A DNA stretch of 64,000 bases from Burkholderiales bacterium (GTDB lineage Bacteria > Pseudomonadota > Gammaproteobacteria > Burkholderiales > Ga0077523), in contig JBIIUM010000002.1 of NCBI GenBank assembly GCA_044339985.1, forward strand, positions 4,484 to 68,483, written 5' to 3'. Below the pieces are notes generated by a model that made no database searches, was not told where the DNA came from, and saw nothing but the letters and a program-made list of their open reading frames with translations. Numbering within the stretch: position 1 is the stretch's first letter; each line of letters starts with the position of its first letter. This document shows, one piece after another, positions 48,404 through 59,045 of this stretch. A program made the position numbers and the translations under genes.

Positions 48404-49231
48404 ATGTCCGCCCCGAAGTACCAGGATCCTCCCTGGGACCCCGCCTTCCCCAAGCGTCACTGTGCGCTGGCCCGCCTGCACGGTGACCTGACGCAACTGC
48501 CGCTTTCGTGGCCCGATCCTCCAACCCTCGACGCCCTGTTGGAGGGGGACAGGGGGCGTCCAGTCACGGCCGGCGGCCTTCCTGTGCGGGCAGTACCCGG
48601 CATTTCCCTCGGAGGGGCTCAGTGGGAACGCCGCCTCTGCGCCACGGGAGAGATTCCCGTGCGCCACGCCAGTTGGCACGATCTGTTCAACCTACTTTCA
48701 TGGCGTGCGTTCCCTGGCACCAAGGCCGCAGTCAATGGCGCTCATGTGAGGGCGCTCGATCACGAGCCGCAGGCAGGCAGGGGGGCGCGGCGCGACGCAC
48801 TGGCTTCCTTCGATGAAGATGGCGTGGTGGTGGCCTGCGAGGACGTCCGCCTCGAAACCCTGGTGCGGGGCTTTCGCTGGCAGGAACTGTTCGTGGACCA
48901 GCGCGATGCGGTGCGCGAATGCCTGCACGTCTTCGCCTTCGGTCACGCCCTGTGCCAGAAGCTGCTGGCCCCCTTCAAGGGCCTCACGGGCAAGGCGCTG
49001 TTCGTGCCCGTGGCCCCGGGGTTTGCAGGCCAATCACCCGCGGATCAACGGCAGTGGGTCGACGGGCTCGCCGCGCCGCTGGTCGCCTCGCTCGCCAAGC
49101 CTCGGGACCTGGCGCCCCTTCCCGTGCTCGGCCTTCCTGGCTGGTGGCCCGGCAACGAGGACCCGGCCTTCTACGAAGACACGACGGTGTTTCGTCCCGG
49201 ACGGCGCTGGGGCGGGGCGGGCCAGGGGTGA
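48404..49231 (+). CDS. DUF3025 domain protein
   Basis: 275-aa ORF. WHDLFNLLSWRAFPGTKAAVNGAH...RDALASFDEDGVVV...FAFGHALCQKL matches my memory of DUF3025 family conservation. Confidence 0.65.
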   Translation: MSAPKYQDPPWDPAFPKRHCALARLHGDLTQLPLSWPDPPTLDALLEGDRGRPVTAGGLPVRAVPGISLGGAQWERRLCATGEIPVRHASWHDLFNLLSWRAFPGTKAAVNGAHVRALDHEPQAGRGARRDALASFDEDGVVVACEDVRLETLVRGFRWQELFVDQRDAVRECLHVFAFGHALCQKLLAPFKGLTGKALFVPVAPGFAGQSPADQRQWVDGLAAPLVASLAKPRDLAPLPVLGLPGWWPGNEDPAFYEDTTVFRPGRRWGGAGQG

Positions 49232-49325
49232 TTGCGCCGCAGCCCCGCCATGGCGCGCGCGTACACTCGGCCGCCGTGACTGCCTACCCTGAGTCCTGTC
49301 CGGTCTGCGCCGTGCCGCTTCCACC

Positions 49326-50519
49326 GTGAGCGGCAGCGCGACGGCGCCACGCCGCGCCCTGCTGCTGCTGGCCTGCGCGGGCTTCGTGTCGGGCGCCTCC
49401 ATGCGGGTGGTGGAGCCGCTGCTGCCCACGCTGGCGCGTGATTTCGGCGCCGGTGTGCGGGAGGCTTCCGTGGTTCTGGCAGCCTTCAGCCTCGCGTACG
49501 GCAGCTTTCAGATCGTGCACGGCCCGCTTGGCGACCGCCTGGGCAAGCTGCGCCTCGCCAGCGGTGCCATGCTGCTGGCCGCTGTCGCCGCCATGGCCTG
49601 CGCGACGGCATCGTCGCTCGGCGCCCTGGCCGCCCTGCGTTTTGTCACAGGTATGTGCTCGGGCGCCATCATTCCGCTGTCGCTGGCCTGGATTGGCGAT
49701 CACGTGGACTACGCGCACCGCCAGGCCGTGTTGGGGCGTTTCGTGGCGGGCACCCTGCTGGGCCAGAGTTTCGGGCCGCTGCTGGGCGGGACGCTGAGCG
49801 ACCTGGTGGGATGGCATGCCACCTTCGTGGCGCTGGGCGCAGCGTTCCTGCTGGTGGGTTTCGCGCTCTCGGCCCACGCGCGCCATGAACGCTCCAGGTC
49901 CTCGGGCATGCGCGTCTCGCCGTGGCGGCAGTACCTGGCCATCCTCGGCTCGGCCAAGGCGCGCCCCGTGCTGTTCACGGTGGGTGTGGAGGGATTCCTG
50001 TTCTTCGGGGCCTTCGGGTTTGCCGGCGCCTACGTGCACCAGCGCTTTTCGCTCGGCGACTCGGCCACCGGGCTGCTGGTGGCCGGCTTCGGCTTGGGTG
50101 GTGTCACCTATAGCCTTCTGGTACGCCGACTGGTGGGGCGCCTCGGCGAGACTGGCCTGGTGGCTGCGGGCGGGGCAACGCTGCTGGGGTGTTTCCTGGC
50201 GCTTGCCTTCGCACCGATGCTGGCGGTGGCGGCCGCTGCCGTGGTGGTGATGGGGCTGGGCTTCTACATGCTCCATAACACCCTCCAGACCCGTGCCACC
50301 GAGATGGCCCCGGAGGCGCGCGGGGCAGGGGTGTCGTTTTTTGCGCTGTGCCTGTTCCTCGGGCAGGCGCTGGGGGTGAGCGCCTTCGGCGTGCTGGTGG
50401 AACGCCTCGGGTATCCGGGGCCGTTCGTGGCGGCGGGGGCGGGGCTGCTGGCGCTGGGGGCGTGGTTTCGCGGGCGTATCCGCGCCCTGCGCGTAATCGT
50501 GCCCGATGCCCGGCCATGA
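49326..50519 (+). CDS. MFS transporter
   Basis: 397-aa ORF with a GTG start and 12 predicted TM segments. The MFS motif A-like sequence is GPLGDRLGKLR. Confidence 0.85.
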   Translation: MSGSATAPRRALLLLACAGFVSGASMRVVEPLLPTLARDFGAGVREASVVLAAFSLAYGSFQIVHGPLGDRLGKLRLASGAMLLAAVAAMACATASSLGALAALRFVTGMCSGAIIPLSLAWIGDHVDYAHRQAVLGRFVAGTLLGQSFGPLLGGTLSDLVGWHATFVALGAAFLLVGFALSAHARHERSRSSGMRVSPWRQYLAILGSAKARPVLFTVGVEGFLFFGAFGFAGAYVHQRFSLGDSATGLLVAGFGLGGVTYSLLVRRLVGRLGETGLVAAGGATLLGCFLALAFAPMLAVAAAAVVVMGLGFYMLHNTLQTRATEMAPEARGAGVSFFALCLFLGQALGVSAFGVLVERLGYPGPFVAAGAGLLALGAWFRGRIRALRVIVPDARP

Positions 50520-50618
50520 CCCAGGCGCTGGAACATTGCGCAGGCCATGCCCGCGCGAGGCCGTGGCAGTCGGGTCCGGTATGCTCCGTGAACTTCAGTG
50601 CGCTTCCGAGGATTCGCC

Positions 50619-51794
50619 GTGAAACGATCAGCCTTGACCGCCGTATTCGCGCTACTTCTGTCCAGCGGCATCCTGCCCACGGTTCAATCGGCGCTGGCAG
50701 GGGACGCAAAGCCCTACTTCCCCGCGCCGGGAGATGCCTGGTCGACCGTGACGCCTGCCGCGGCCGGCATGGACCCCCAGCGGCTTGCCGAGGCGGTGGC
50801 CTACGCCCAGGCGAACGAGGTGCCGTGGCCGCGCGACGTACGCGCCCAGATTGAAAAGGACACGGCCAACGAGCCCTATCCGGAAATCCTCGGTTTGGTG
50901 AAGCCCCGCGGCGGACAGAACGGCATGGTGCTCAAGGGCGGCCGCGTCGTGGCGGAGTGGGGTGACACGGGGCGTGTGGACCTGAGCTTCTCGGTGGCCA
51001 AGAGCTACCTGGCTGTGGTGACGGGGCTCGCCTGGGAAGACGGACTTCTGGGAGATCCCGACCAGCCTGTGGGCGCGCGCGTGCGCGACGGTGGTTACAA
51101 CTCGCCCCAGAACGCGCCCATCACCTGGACCATGCACCTGCAACACACCAGCGAGTGGCAGGGCACGCTATGGGACAAGCCCGACGTGGCCGACCGGCGT
51201 CGCGGCTATGGCCGCGCCCTGCAGCAGCCGGGTACCTTCTGGGAATACAACGACGTGCGGGTTAACCGGCTGGCGCTGTCGCTGCTGCGGTTGTACGAGC
51301 GGCCGCTGCCCGAGGTGCTGAAGGCGCGCATCATGGACCCGATCGGCGCCAGCAGCGATTGGGTGTGGCACGGCTATCTCAACTCCTTCGTGGAGGTGGG
51401 CGGGCGGCGCATCCAGTCGGTGAGCGGTGGCAGCCACTGGGGTGGCGGTTTGTGGGCCAGCACCCGCGATCACGCCCGCTTCGGCTATCTCATGCTGCGC
51501 GAAGGCCAGTGGGACGGGCGGCAGTTGCTGCCGGCGGACTGGGTCCGGCGCATGACCACGCCTTCGGGGCTCACCAGTTTCCAGGGATACCTTTGGTGGC
51601 TGGCCTCGCCCGCCAACCCGGCCCTGCCAAATCTCCCGGCGGGCAGCTTCGCGGCGCTTGGGTCGGGCGGCAACATGATCTTCGTGGACCCGGCCCGCGA
51701 CCTTGTGGCCGTGGTGCGCTGGCTGGATATCCCAAAGCTCGATGGTTTCGTCCAGCGCCTCACGGCTGCGGTGCAGGACACCGCGTCGCGGTGA
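50619..51794 (+). CDS. serine hydrolase (beta-lactamase/transpeptidase-like fold), secreted
   Basis: GTG at 50619 lies 6 nt after GAGGA. It has signal VKRSALTAVFALLLSSGILPTVQSALA and the S-x-x-K motif in SFSVAKSY. Confidence 0.8.
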   Translation: MKRSALTAVFALLLSSGILPTVQSALAGDAKPYFPAPGDAWSTVTPAAAGMDPQRLAEAVAYAQANEVPWPRDVRAQIEKDTANEPYPEILGLVKPRGGQNGMVLKGGRVVAEWGDTGRVDLSFSVAKSYLAVVTGLAWEDGLLGDPDQPVGARVRDGGYNSPQNAPITWTMHLQHTSEWQGTLWDKPDVADRRRGYGRALQQPGTFWEYNDVRVNRLALSLLRLYERPLPEVLKARIMDPIGASSDWVWHGYLNSFVEVGGRRIQSVSGGSHWGGGLWASTRDHARFGYLMLREGQWDGRQLLPADWVRRMTTPSGLTSFQGYLWWLASPANPALPNLPAGSFAALGSGGNMIFVDPARDLVAVVRWLDIPKLDGFVQRLTAAVQDTASR

Positions 51795-52534
51795 TGGGGT
51801 CCTCACCGTCAAGCCGCTGTGGCGCCATCCTGGCCGTGGCGCTGCTGGCCGGGTGTGCCCTACGCGGAGCACCCGACTCGGGGGTAGAGGCCGAGGTGGT
51901 ACCCGGGGCGCGGTGGACCTTGTCCTTCCCCGTGGCCGGCACCCTGGTGTCCCGGAGCGTTGCCGCGGGCGGCCATGCCGCCGAGGGCGATCCCTTGGCG
52001 GTGCTGGATCCCGCGCCCTTCGAGGCACGGGTGCTGGATCGCTCGGCGGCGCTGCAGGCGGCCGAGCAGCGCCGCGTGGCGGGCACCATGGACTCCGAGG
52101 CCCTGCGCGCCATGCTCCCGTCGGTGGTGGCGCCGGAGCGCTTCGATGCCCTGCGCGTGGCTGTGCTGCAGGCGGAGTTGGGGGTGGCCACCGCGGGGCT
52201 GGAGCTGCGCCGCGCCGTACTGGACAACCGTGACGCTGTGTTGCGCGCGCCCGCCGCGGTGGAGTTGCACCGCTGGTTTGCAATCGAAGGCGTCTGGCTC
52301 GCGGCAGGGGCCCCGGTGGCGGAGGTGGTGGATGCGTCCACGGTGAGGGTGGTGATGCGCGCCGCGCCCGGCTGGCGACCTGGAACCCGCGTGGTGGCGG
52401 AGCGCGCGGACGGCACGAGGCTGCTTGGCTGGGTGGGCCCCGTCCAGCCCGGGGGCATCGAGGGCGTACCGGTGATGATTTCCGAGTCCGCAGTCTTAGT
52501 CCCGGGCGAGCGCCTGCGCGTCTTCCTTCCTTGA
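51794..52534 (+). CDS. short HlyD/membrane-fusion-protein-like lipoprotein
   Basis: The ATG at 51794 overlaps the upstream stop (TGATG). It has lipobox LLAGC. FPVAGTLVS...GDPLAVLDPAPFEARV is a biotinyl-lipoyl-like hairpin typical of periplasmic adaptors. At about 246 aa it is much shorter than EmrA/AcrA. Confidence 0.55.
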   Translation: MGSSPSSRCGAILAVALLAGCALRGAPDSGVEAEVVPGARWTLSFPVAGTLVSRSVAAGGHAAEGDPLAVLDPAPFEARVLDRSAALQAAEQRRVAGTMDSEALRAMLPSVVAPERFDALRVAVLQAELGVATAGLELRRAVLDNRDAVLRAPAAVELHRWFAIEGVWLAAGAPVAEVVDASTVRVVMRAAPGWRPGTRVVAERADGTRLLGWVGPVQPGGIEGVPVMISESAVLVPGERLRVFLP

Positions 52535-52639
52535 TGGCGAGCGGGGCGGGCTGAATCGAGGCGGCGCGAACGTGCATGCCGGATGTGGGGTACAAGCCGC
52601 CATGGGCCATTCAGCTTCAGCCTGAACAAAAGGTTTGCT

Positions 52640-52669
52640 TTGACATTGGACAAAGCGCACGCCTATACT
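52640..52669 (+). promoter_or_regulatory. near-consensus sigma70 promoter upstream of the rubrerythrin-like gene
   Basis: TTGACA (52640-52645), an 18-nt spacer, then TATACT (52664-52669). It sits in a locally AT-rich intergenic region about 100 nt upstream of the ATG at 52767. Confidence 0.55.
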
Positions 52670-52682
52670 TCGTTCACGGTTT

Positions 52683-52698
52683 AGATTAAGTCTAATCT
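52683..52698. promoter_or_regulatory. inverted-repeat operator candidate AGATTA-N4-TAATCT
   Basis: Perfect 6-bp arms lie at 52683-52688 and 52693-52698, just downstream of the -10 element. This is where a repressor (for example of the Fur/PerR or Rrf2 class) would block initiation. Confidence 0.35.
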
Positions 52699-52766
52699 TT
52701 ACCTGTTCCGGGGCCGGCAATGCCGGCTCTTCCGTTTTCCGACCTGCATCTCTGGAGGCGTCATCC

Positions 52767-53189
52767 ATGGCTCATCTCAAGGGCTCCAAGACCGAAGACA
52801 ACCTGAAGGCCGCCTTTGCCGGCGAATCCCAGGCGAACCGCCGTTATCTGTACTTCGCAAACAAGGCCGACGTGGAAGGCCAGAACGACGTGGCCGCCGT
52901 GTTCCGCTCCACCGCCGAAGGCGAGACCGGCCACGCGCACGGTCACCTGGAGTACCTGGAGCAGGTGGGCGACCCCGCCACCGGCCTGCCCATCGGAGGC
53001 ACGCGCGACAACCTCAAGGCCTCCATTGCGGGCGAGACCCACGAGTACACCGACATGTACCCGGGCATGGCCAAGACCGCCCGTGACGAGGGTTTCGAAG
53101 AAATCGCCGATTGGTTCGAGACGTTGGCCAAGGCCGAGCGCTCCCACGCCAACCGGTTCCAGAAGGCTCTGGACGCGCTGGCCGACTAA
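52767..53189 (+). CDS. rubrerythrin-family diiron protein without rubredoxin domain (erythrin type)
   Basis: 140-aa ORF with GGAGG 8 nt upstream. [27 protein letters not shown] (ExxH), [13 protein letters not shown] and [10 protein letters not shown] (ExxH) supply the four-helix diiron ligands. There is no C-terminal CxxC pair. Confidence 0.85.
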   Translation: MAHLKGSKTEDNLKAAFAGESQANRRYLYFANKADVEGQNDVAAVFRSTAEGETGHAHGHLEYLEQVGDPATGLPIGGTRDNLKASIAGETHEYTDMYPGMAKTARDEGFEEIADWFETLAKAERSHANRFQKALDALAD

Positions 53190-53279
53190 AGGTCGCCACG
53201 CAGTGCGCGGGGTGAGGGGCGGAGTTGTCTCGACCCCCGCGTTATGTTTGCAGCACCCCCACGCAACAGGTTAACGGCC

Positions 53280-54602
53280 ATGCGCGAAGGCAGCCTCGAA
53301 GCCCCCACCCGCCACCCCATCGACTGGCGAAATCCTGATTTCTACAACCAGGAAAAGCTTTTCGATGAACTGGAGCGTGTCTACGACATCTGCCACGGCT
53401 GCCGCCGCTGCGTCAGCTTGTGCAACGCCTTCCCCACGTTGTTCGACCTGGTGGACAACAGCGAAACCCTGGAAGTGGACGGGGTGAAGAAGGACGACTA
53501 CTGGAAGGTGGTGGACCAGTGCTACCTGTGCGACCTGTGCTACATGACCAAGTGCCCTTACGTTCCGCCCCACCAGTGGAACGTGGATTTTCCGCACCTC
53601 ATGCTGCGCGCCAAGGCAGTGAAGTTTCGCGAGCAGGGCGCCAGCTTCCGGGACAAGCTGCTGTCGTCCACCGACGCGCTGGGTAAGCTGGCTTCGATTC
53701 CGGTGGTGGTGCAGGCAGTCAACGCGGTGAACAAGACGCCCGCCACCCGCAAGGTGATGGACAGCGTACTGGGCATCGCCGCCGAGCGTCAGCTTCCCGA
53801 ATACGACAGCGCGAAGTTTCGCAGTACGGCCCGGCCCGATCACTCCTTTGCCGTGCAGGACGGCAAGCTCACCCCGGGCAAGGTAGCCATCTTCTCCACC
53901 TGCTATGTGAACTACAACGAGCCCGGCATCGGACACGATCTGATCGCCATCCTCAAGCACAACGCCATTCCCCACAAAGTGGTGGAAAAGGAAAACTGCT
54001 GCGGCATGCCCAAGTTGGAACTGGGCGATCTGGAAGCGGTGAACAAGCTCAAGGAGGGCAACATCCCCGTGCTTGCAAGGCTCGCCCGCGAGGGCTACGC
54101 CATCATGACTGCAGTGCCATCCTGCACGCTTATGTTCAAGCAGGAACTCCCGCTCATGTTTCCAGACGACGCTGATGTGAAGGCGGTGCAGGAGGCCATG
54201 TTCGACCCCTTCGAGTACCTGGTGTTGCGCAACAAGGACGGGTTGCTCAAGACCGACTTCAAGCGTTCCCTGGGCAAGGTTTCCTATCACATCCCCTGCC
54301 ACCTGCGCGTTCAAAACATGGGGCAGAAAACGCGCGAGTTCATGGAATTGGTGCCCGACACCAAGGTTACCGTGGTGGAGCGCTGCTCCGGCCACGACGG
54401 TACCTGGGGCGTCAAGAGCGAGTTCTTCAAGGATTCCATGAAGATCGGCAAGCCGGTGTTCAAGGCCATGGCGGCCCCCGGGCCCGACTACGTCAGTTCC
54501 GACTGCGCCATTGCCGGCCGCCATATCCTCCAAGGCATGGGAAACCCCGATACTGCCAAGGAGCACCCCCTGTCTCTGGTGCGCATCGCCTACGGCCTGT
54601 GA
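53280..54602 (+). CDS. heterodisulfide-reductase-related Fe-S protein (HdrD/GlpC-like: 2x[4Fe-4S] + CCG domains)
   Basis: CHGCRRCVSLCNAFP and CYLCDLCYMTKCP are ferredoxin-type motifs. ENCCGMP is a CCG motif, and ERCSGHDG is a second, degenerate one. ATG at 53280, with an alternative at 53244. Confidence 0.85.
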   Translation: MREGSLEAPTRHPIDWRNPDFYNQEKLFDELERVYDICHGCRRCVSLCNAFPTLFDLVDNSETLEVDGVKKDDYWKVVDQCYLCDLCYMTKCPYVPPHQWNVDFPHLMLRAKAVKFREQGASFRDKLLSSTDALGKLASIPVVVQAVNAVNKTPATRKVMDSVLGIAAERQLPEYDSAKFRSTARPDHSFAVQDGKLTPGKVAIFSTCYVNYNEPGIGHDLIAILKHNAIPHKVVEKENCCGMPKLELGDLEAVNKLKEGNIPVLARLAREGYAIMTAVPSCTLMFKQELPLMFPDDADVKAVQEAMFDPFEYLVLRNKDGLLKTDFKRSLGKVSYHIPCHLRVQNMGQKTREFMELVPDTKVTVVERCSGHDGTWGVKSEFFKDSMKIGKPVFKAMAAPGPDYVSSDCAIAGRHILQGMGNPDTAKEHPLSLVRIAYGL

Positions 54603-54646
54603 CCGCAGACGCGCGCAGCCGCCTTTCCAAACCACCTCCCCACATC

Positions 54647-55264
54647 ATGCAAACCGCCACTGCACAGACCCACGCCCAGCCGGCCATCACCCGTGAGAGC
54701 CTCATGACGCTCGAGGCCTACTCGAAGAACCGCAAGGACTTCCGTGCCAGGGTGCTGGCCCACAAGCAAGCTCGCAAGGTTCACCTGGGACCCCACATCA
54801 CCCTGTTGTTCGAGGATGAATTGACGCTGCGCTACCAGATCCAGGAAATGCTGCGCATCGAAAAGATCTTCGAGGAGAGCGGTATCCAGGATGAGCTCGA
54901 CGCCTACAACCCGCTGGTGCCTGAAGGGTCGAACTGGAAAGCCACCATGCTGATCGAGTATGCCGACGCGGATGAACGGCGCCGCGAACTGGCGGTGCTG
55001 AAGGGCGTGGAGGACTCGGTCTGGGTGCGCGTGGAGGGCCAGGCCAAGGTGCTTGCCATCGCCGATGAAGATCTGGAGCGCGAGAACGAGCAAAAGACCT
55101 CCTCGGTGCATTTCCTGCGCTTCGAACTCACCGAGGCCATGAAACAGGCGCTCAGGGCGGGCGCCGCGCTGGCGGTGGGTGTGGATCACCCGAGGGTTGC
55201 CGTCGCGCTCGACCCGGTGCCCGTGGATACCCGCGCCTCGCTGTTGGGCGACCTGCGATTCTGA
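54647..55264 (+). CDS. DUF3501 family protein
   Basis: The ATG at 54647 gives about 205 aa. LMTLEAYSKNRKDFRARVLAHKQARKVHLGPHITLLFEDELTLRYQIQEMLRIE is the conserved DUF3501 N-terminus as I recall it. The family is typically linked to HdrD-like and rubrerythrin genes. Confidence 0.7.
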   Translation: MQTATAQTHAQPAITRESLMTLEAYSKNRKDFRARVLAHKQARKVHLGPHITLLFEDELTLRYQIQEMLRIEKIFEESGIQDELDAYNPLVPEGSNWKATMLIEYADADERRRELAVLKGVEDSVWVRVEGQAKVLAIADEDLERENEQKTSSVHFLRFELTEAMKQALRAGAALAVGVDHPRVAVALDPVPVDTRASLLGDLRF

Positions 55265-55866
55265 TGAGTGTCCGTACGCCGCTGGCTTTTCTGGTGGCCG
55301 TGGGGCTCGCCGCCTGTGGCGCGAGCCCCGAGCGCCGTGAGGCGCCCGACAAACCAGGCAGCCTCGCCGAGCCCACGATCGCCGACAAGAACAAGGGCAA
55401 GGAGGGCGCGAAGGGTGGTTTCTTCGGTCCCGCGGCGCGGCTTCCGGAAGTCGAGGTGGCTCTGCCGGACCTGCCGCGCGACGCCGATCTTGCGGAGGTG
55501 CGCCCGAGGGATTTCACCTCAGGCAAGGTGAGGATCGATACACGTACCCTGCGGGTGGATGAAGACCTCGTCGTTCGATATGTTGTGGATGTCACCACGC
55601 CAGGTGGCGTGCGAAACATCAGCCACGAGGCGATTCGCTGCGATCCCAATGAATTCAAGCGTATCGCGATCGTGCGGACGGATGGCTCCTGGGGACCTGT
55701 GAGCCGGTCGGATTGGGGGCCCGTGAGCAACGTCACCTACAACGCCGTGCAGTTCTCCCTGGCCAAGGATTATTTCTGCGGTCCCAAAGGAGCGCCGCGC
55801 GGCAAGGCGGATATCGTCAAGCGGTTGGAGCGGGGCCTCAGAGCGCCGACAGTGCCGAACTACTGA
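55264..55866 (+). CDS. CNP1-like lipoprotein
   Basis: The ATG overlaps the upstream stop (TGATG). It has lipobox GLAAC. The pattern VRIDTRTLRVDEDLVVRYVVDVTTPGGVRNISHEAIRCD...W...YFC is CNP1-like. Confidence 0.65.
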   Translation: MSVRTPLAFLVAVGLAACGASPERREAPDKPGSLAEPTIADKNKGKEGAKGGFFGPAARLPEVEVALPDLPRDADLAEVRPRDFTSGKVRIDTRTLRVDEDLVVRYVVDVTTPGGVRNISHEAIRCDPNEFKRIAIVRTDGSWGPVSRSDWGPVSNVTYNAVQFSLAKDYFCGPKGAPRGKADIVKRLERGLRAPTVPNY

Positions 55867-55901
55867 CTGCCATGGTGGCGGGAGCCGTCGCCCCCGGCGC
55901 C

Positions 55902-58263
<2,362 letters not shown>

Positions 58264-58527
58264 TCAGGCGACCGCTGGGACGACGCTCACGGTCTTGCGC
58301 TTGTCCGGCCCCTTGACGCCGAACTGAACAAGTCCGTCCACCTTGGCGAACAAGGTGTGGTCTTTGCCAAGACCCACGTTCAAGCCCGCATGCACCAGGG
58401 TTCCGCGCTGACGAACCAGGATGCTGCCCGCAGAAACCAGTTGCCCTCCAAAGCGCTTGACGCCAAGGCGCTTGGCTTCGGAATCGCGGCCGTTGCGGCT
58501 GCTGCCGCCCGCCTTCTTGTGTGCCAT
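58264..58527 (-). CDS. rpmA: 50S ribosomal protein L27
   Basis: [29 protein letters not shown]..., a canonical L27. Confidence 0.97.
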   Translation of the reverse strand: MAHKKAGGSSRNGRDSEAKRLGVKRFGGQLVSAGSILVRQRGTLVHAGLNVGLGKDHTLFAKVDGLVQFGVKGPDKRKTVSVVPAVA

Positions 58528-58560
58528 GTTTCGTTCTCCTGAAGCGGCGCGGGCAGTGAA

Positions 58561-58875
58561 TCAGCCCGCGGTGATGCCGCTGATCTGAATTTCGGTGTAA
58601 TTCTGCCGGTGGCCGGCCTGTTTCTTGAAATGCTTACGGCGACGGTGCTTGAAGATACGGATCTTGTCCCCCCGGCCGTGGGCGATGACCGTACCCTTTA
58701 CCGAAGCGCCCGCCACCACGGGACGGCCCACTGAAACCTTGTCGCCTTCAGCCACCATGAGAATCTGATCGAACGCCACTTCGGCACCAACGTCCGCGGG
58801 AATCGTTTCCACCCGCAGTTTGTCGCCAGCGCTGACCCTGTATTGCTTGCCGCCCGTCTTGATGACCGCGTACAT
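58561..58875 (-). CDS. rplU: 50S ribosomal protein L21
   Basis: [23 protein letters not shown]..., a canonical L21. Confidence 0.97.
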   Translation of the reverse strand: MYAVIKTGGKQYRVSAGDKLRVETIPADVGAEVAFDQILMVAEGDKVSVGRPVVAGASVKGTVIAHGRGDKIRIFKHRRRKHFKKQAGHRQNYTEIQISGITAG

Positions 58876-58910
58876 GAACCTCTCCAGCGTGAATTCGCGA
58901 AAAGGCGCGG

Positions 58911-58939
58911 AAGATACCGCAGCGTTGTTTTCTGGTCAA
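58911..58939 (-). promoter_or_regulatory. sigma70 promoter candidate for rplU-rpmA(-obg-proB)
   Basis: On the minus strand: TTGACC (58939->58934), a 17-nt spacer, then TATCTT (58916->58911). It lies about 35 nt upstream of the rplU ATG. Confidence 0.5.
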
Positions 58940-58988
58940 TGCACACGAGCCTGCGAGCCAATCCGCGTCCTTCGTGGAAAAGCCTTGC

Positions 58989-59018
58989 TTGACAGGGCTT
59001 TGGGCCGCTTCCTACCAT
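58989..59018 (+). promoter_or_regulatory. sigma70 promoter candidate for ispB
   Basis: TTGACA (58989-58994), an 18-nt spacer, then TACCAT (59013-59018). It is divergent from the rplU promoter. Confidence 0.4.
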
Positions 59019-59045
59019 CGCGCCCCTCGTGCGAGGCAGCCTTCC

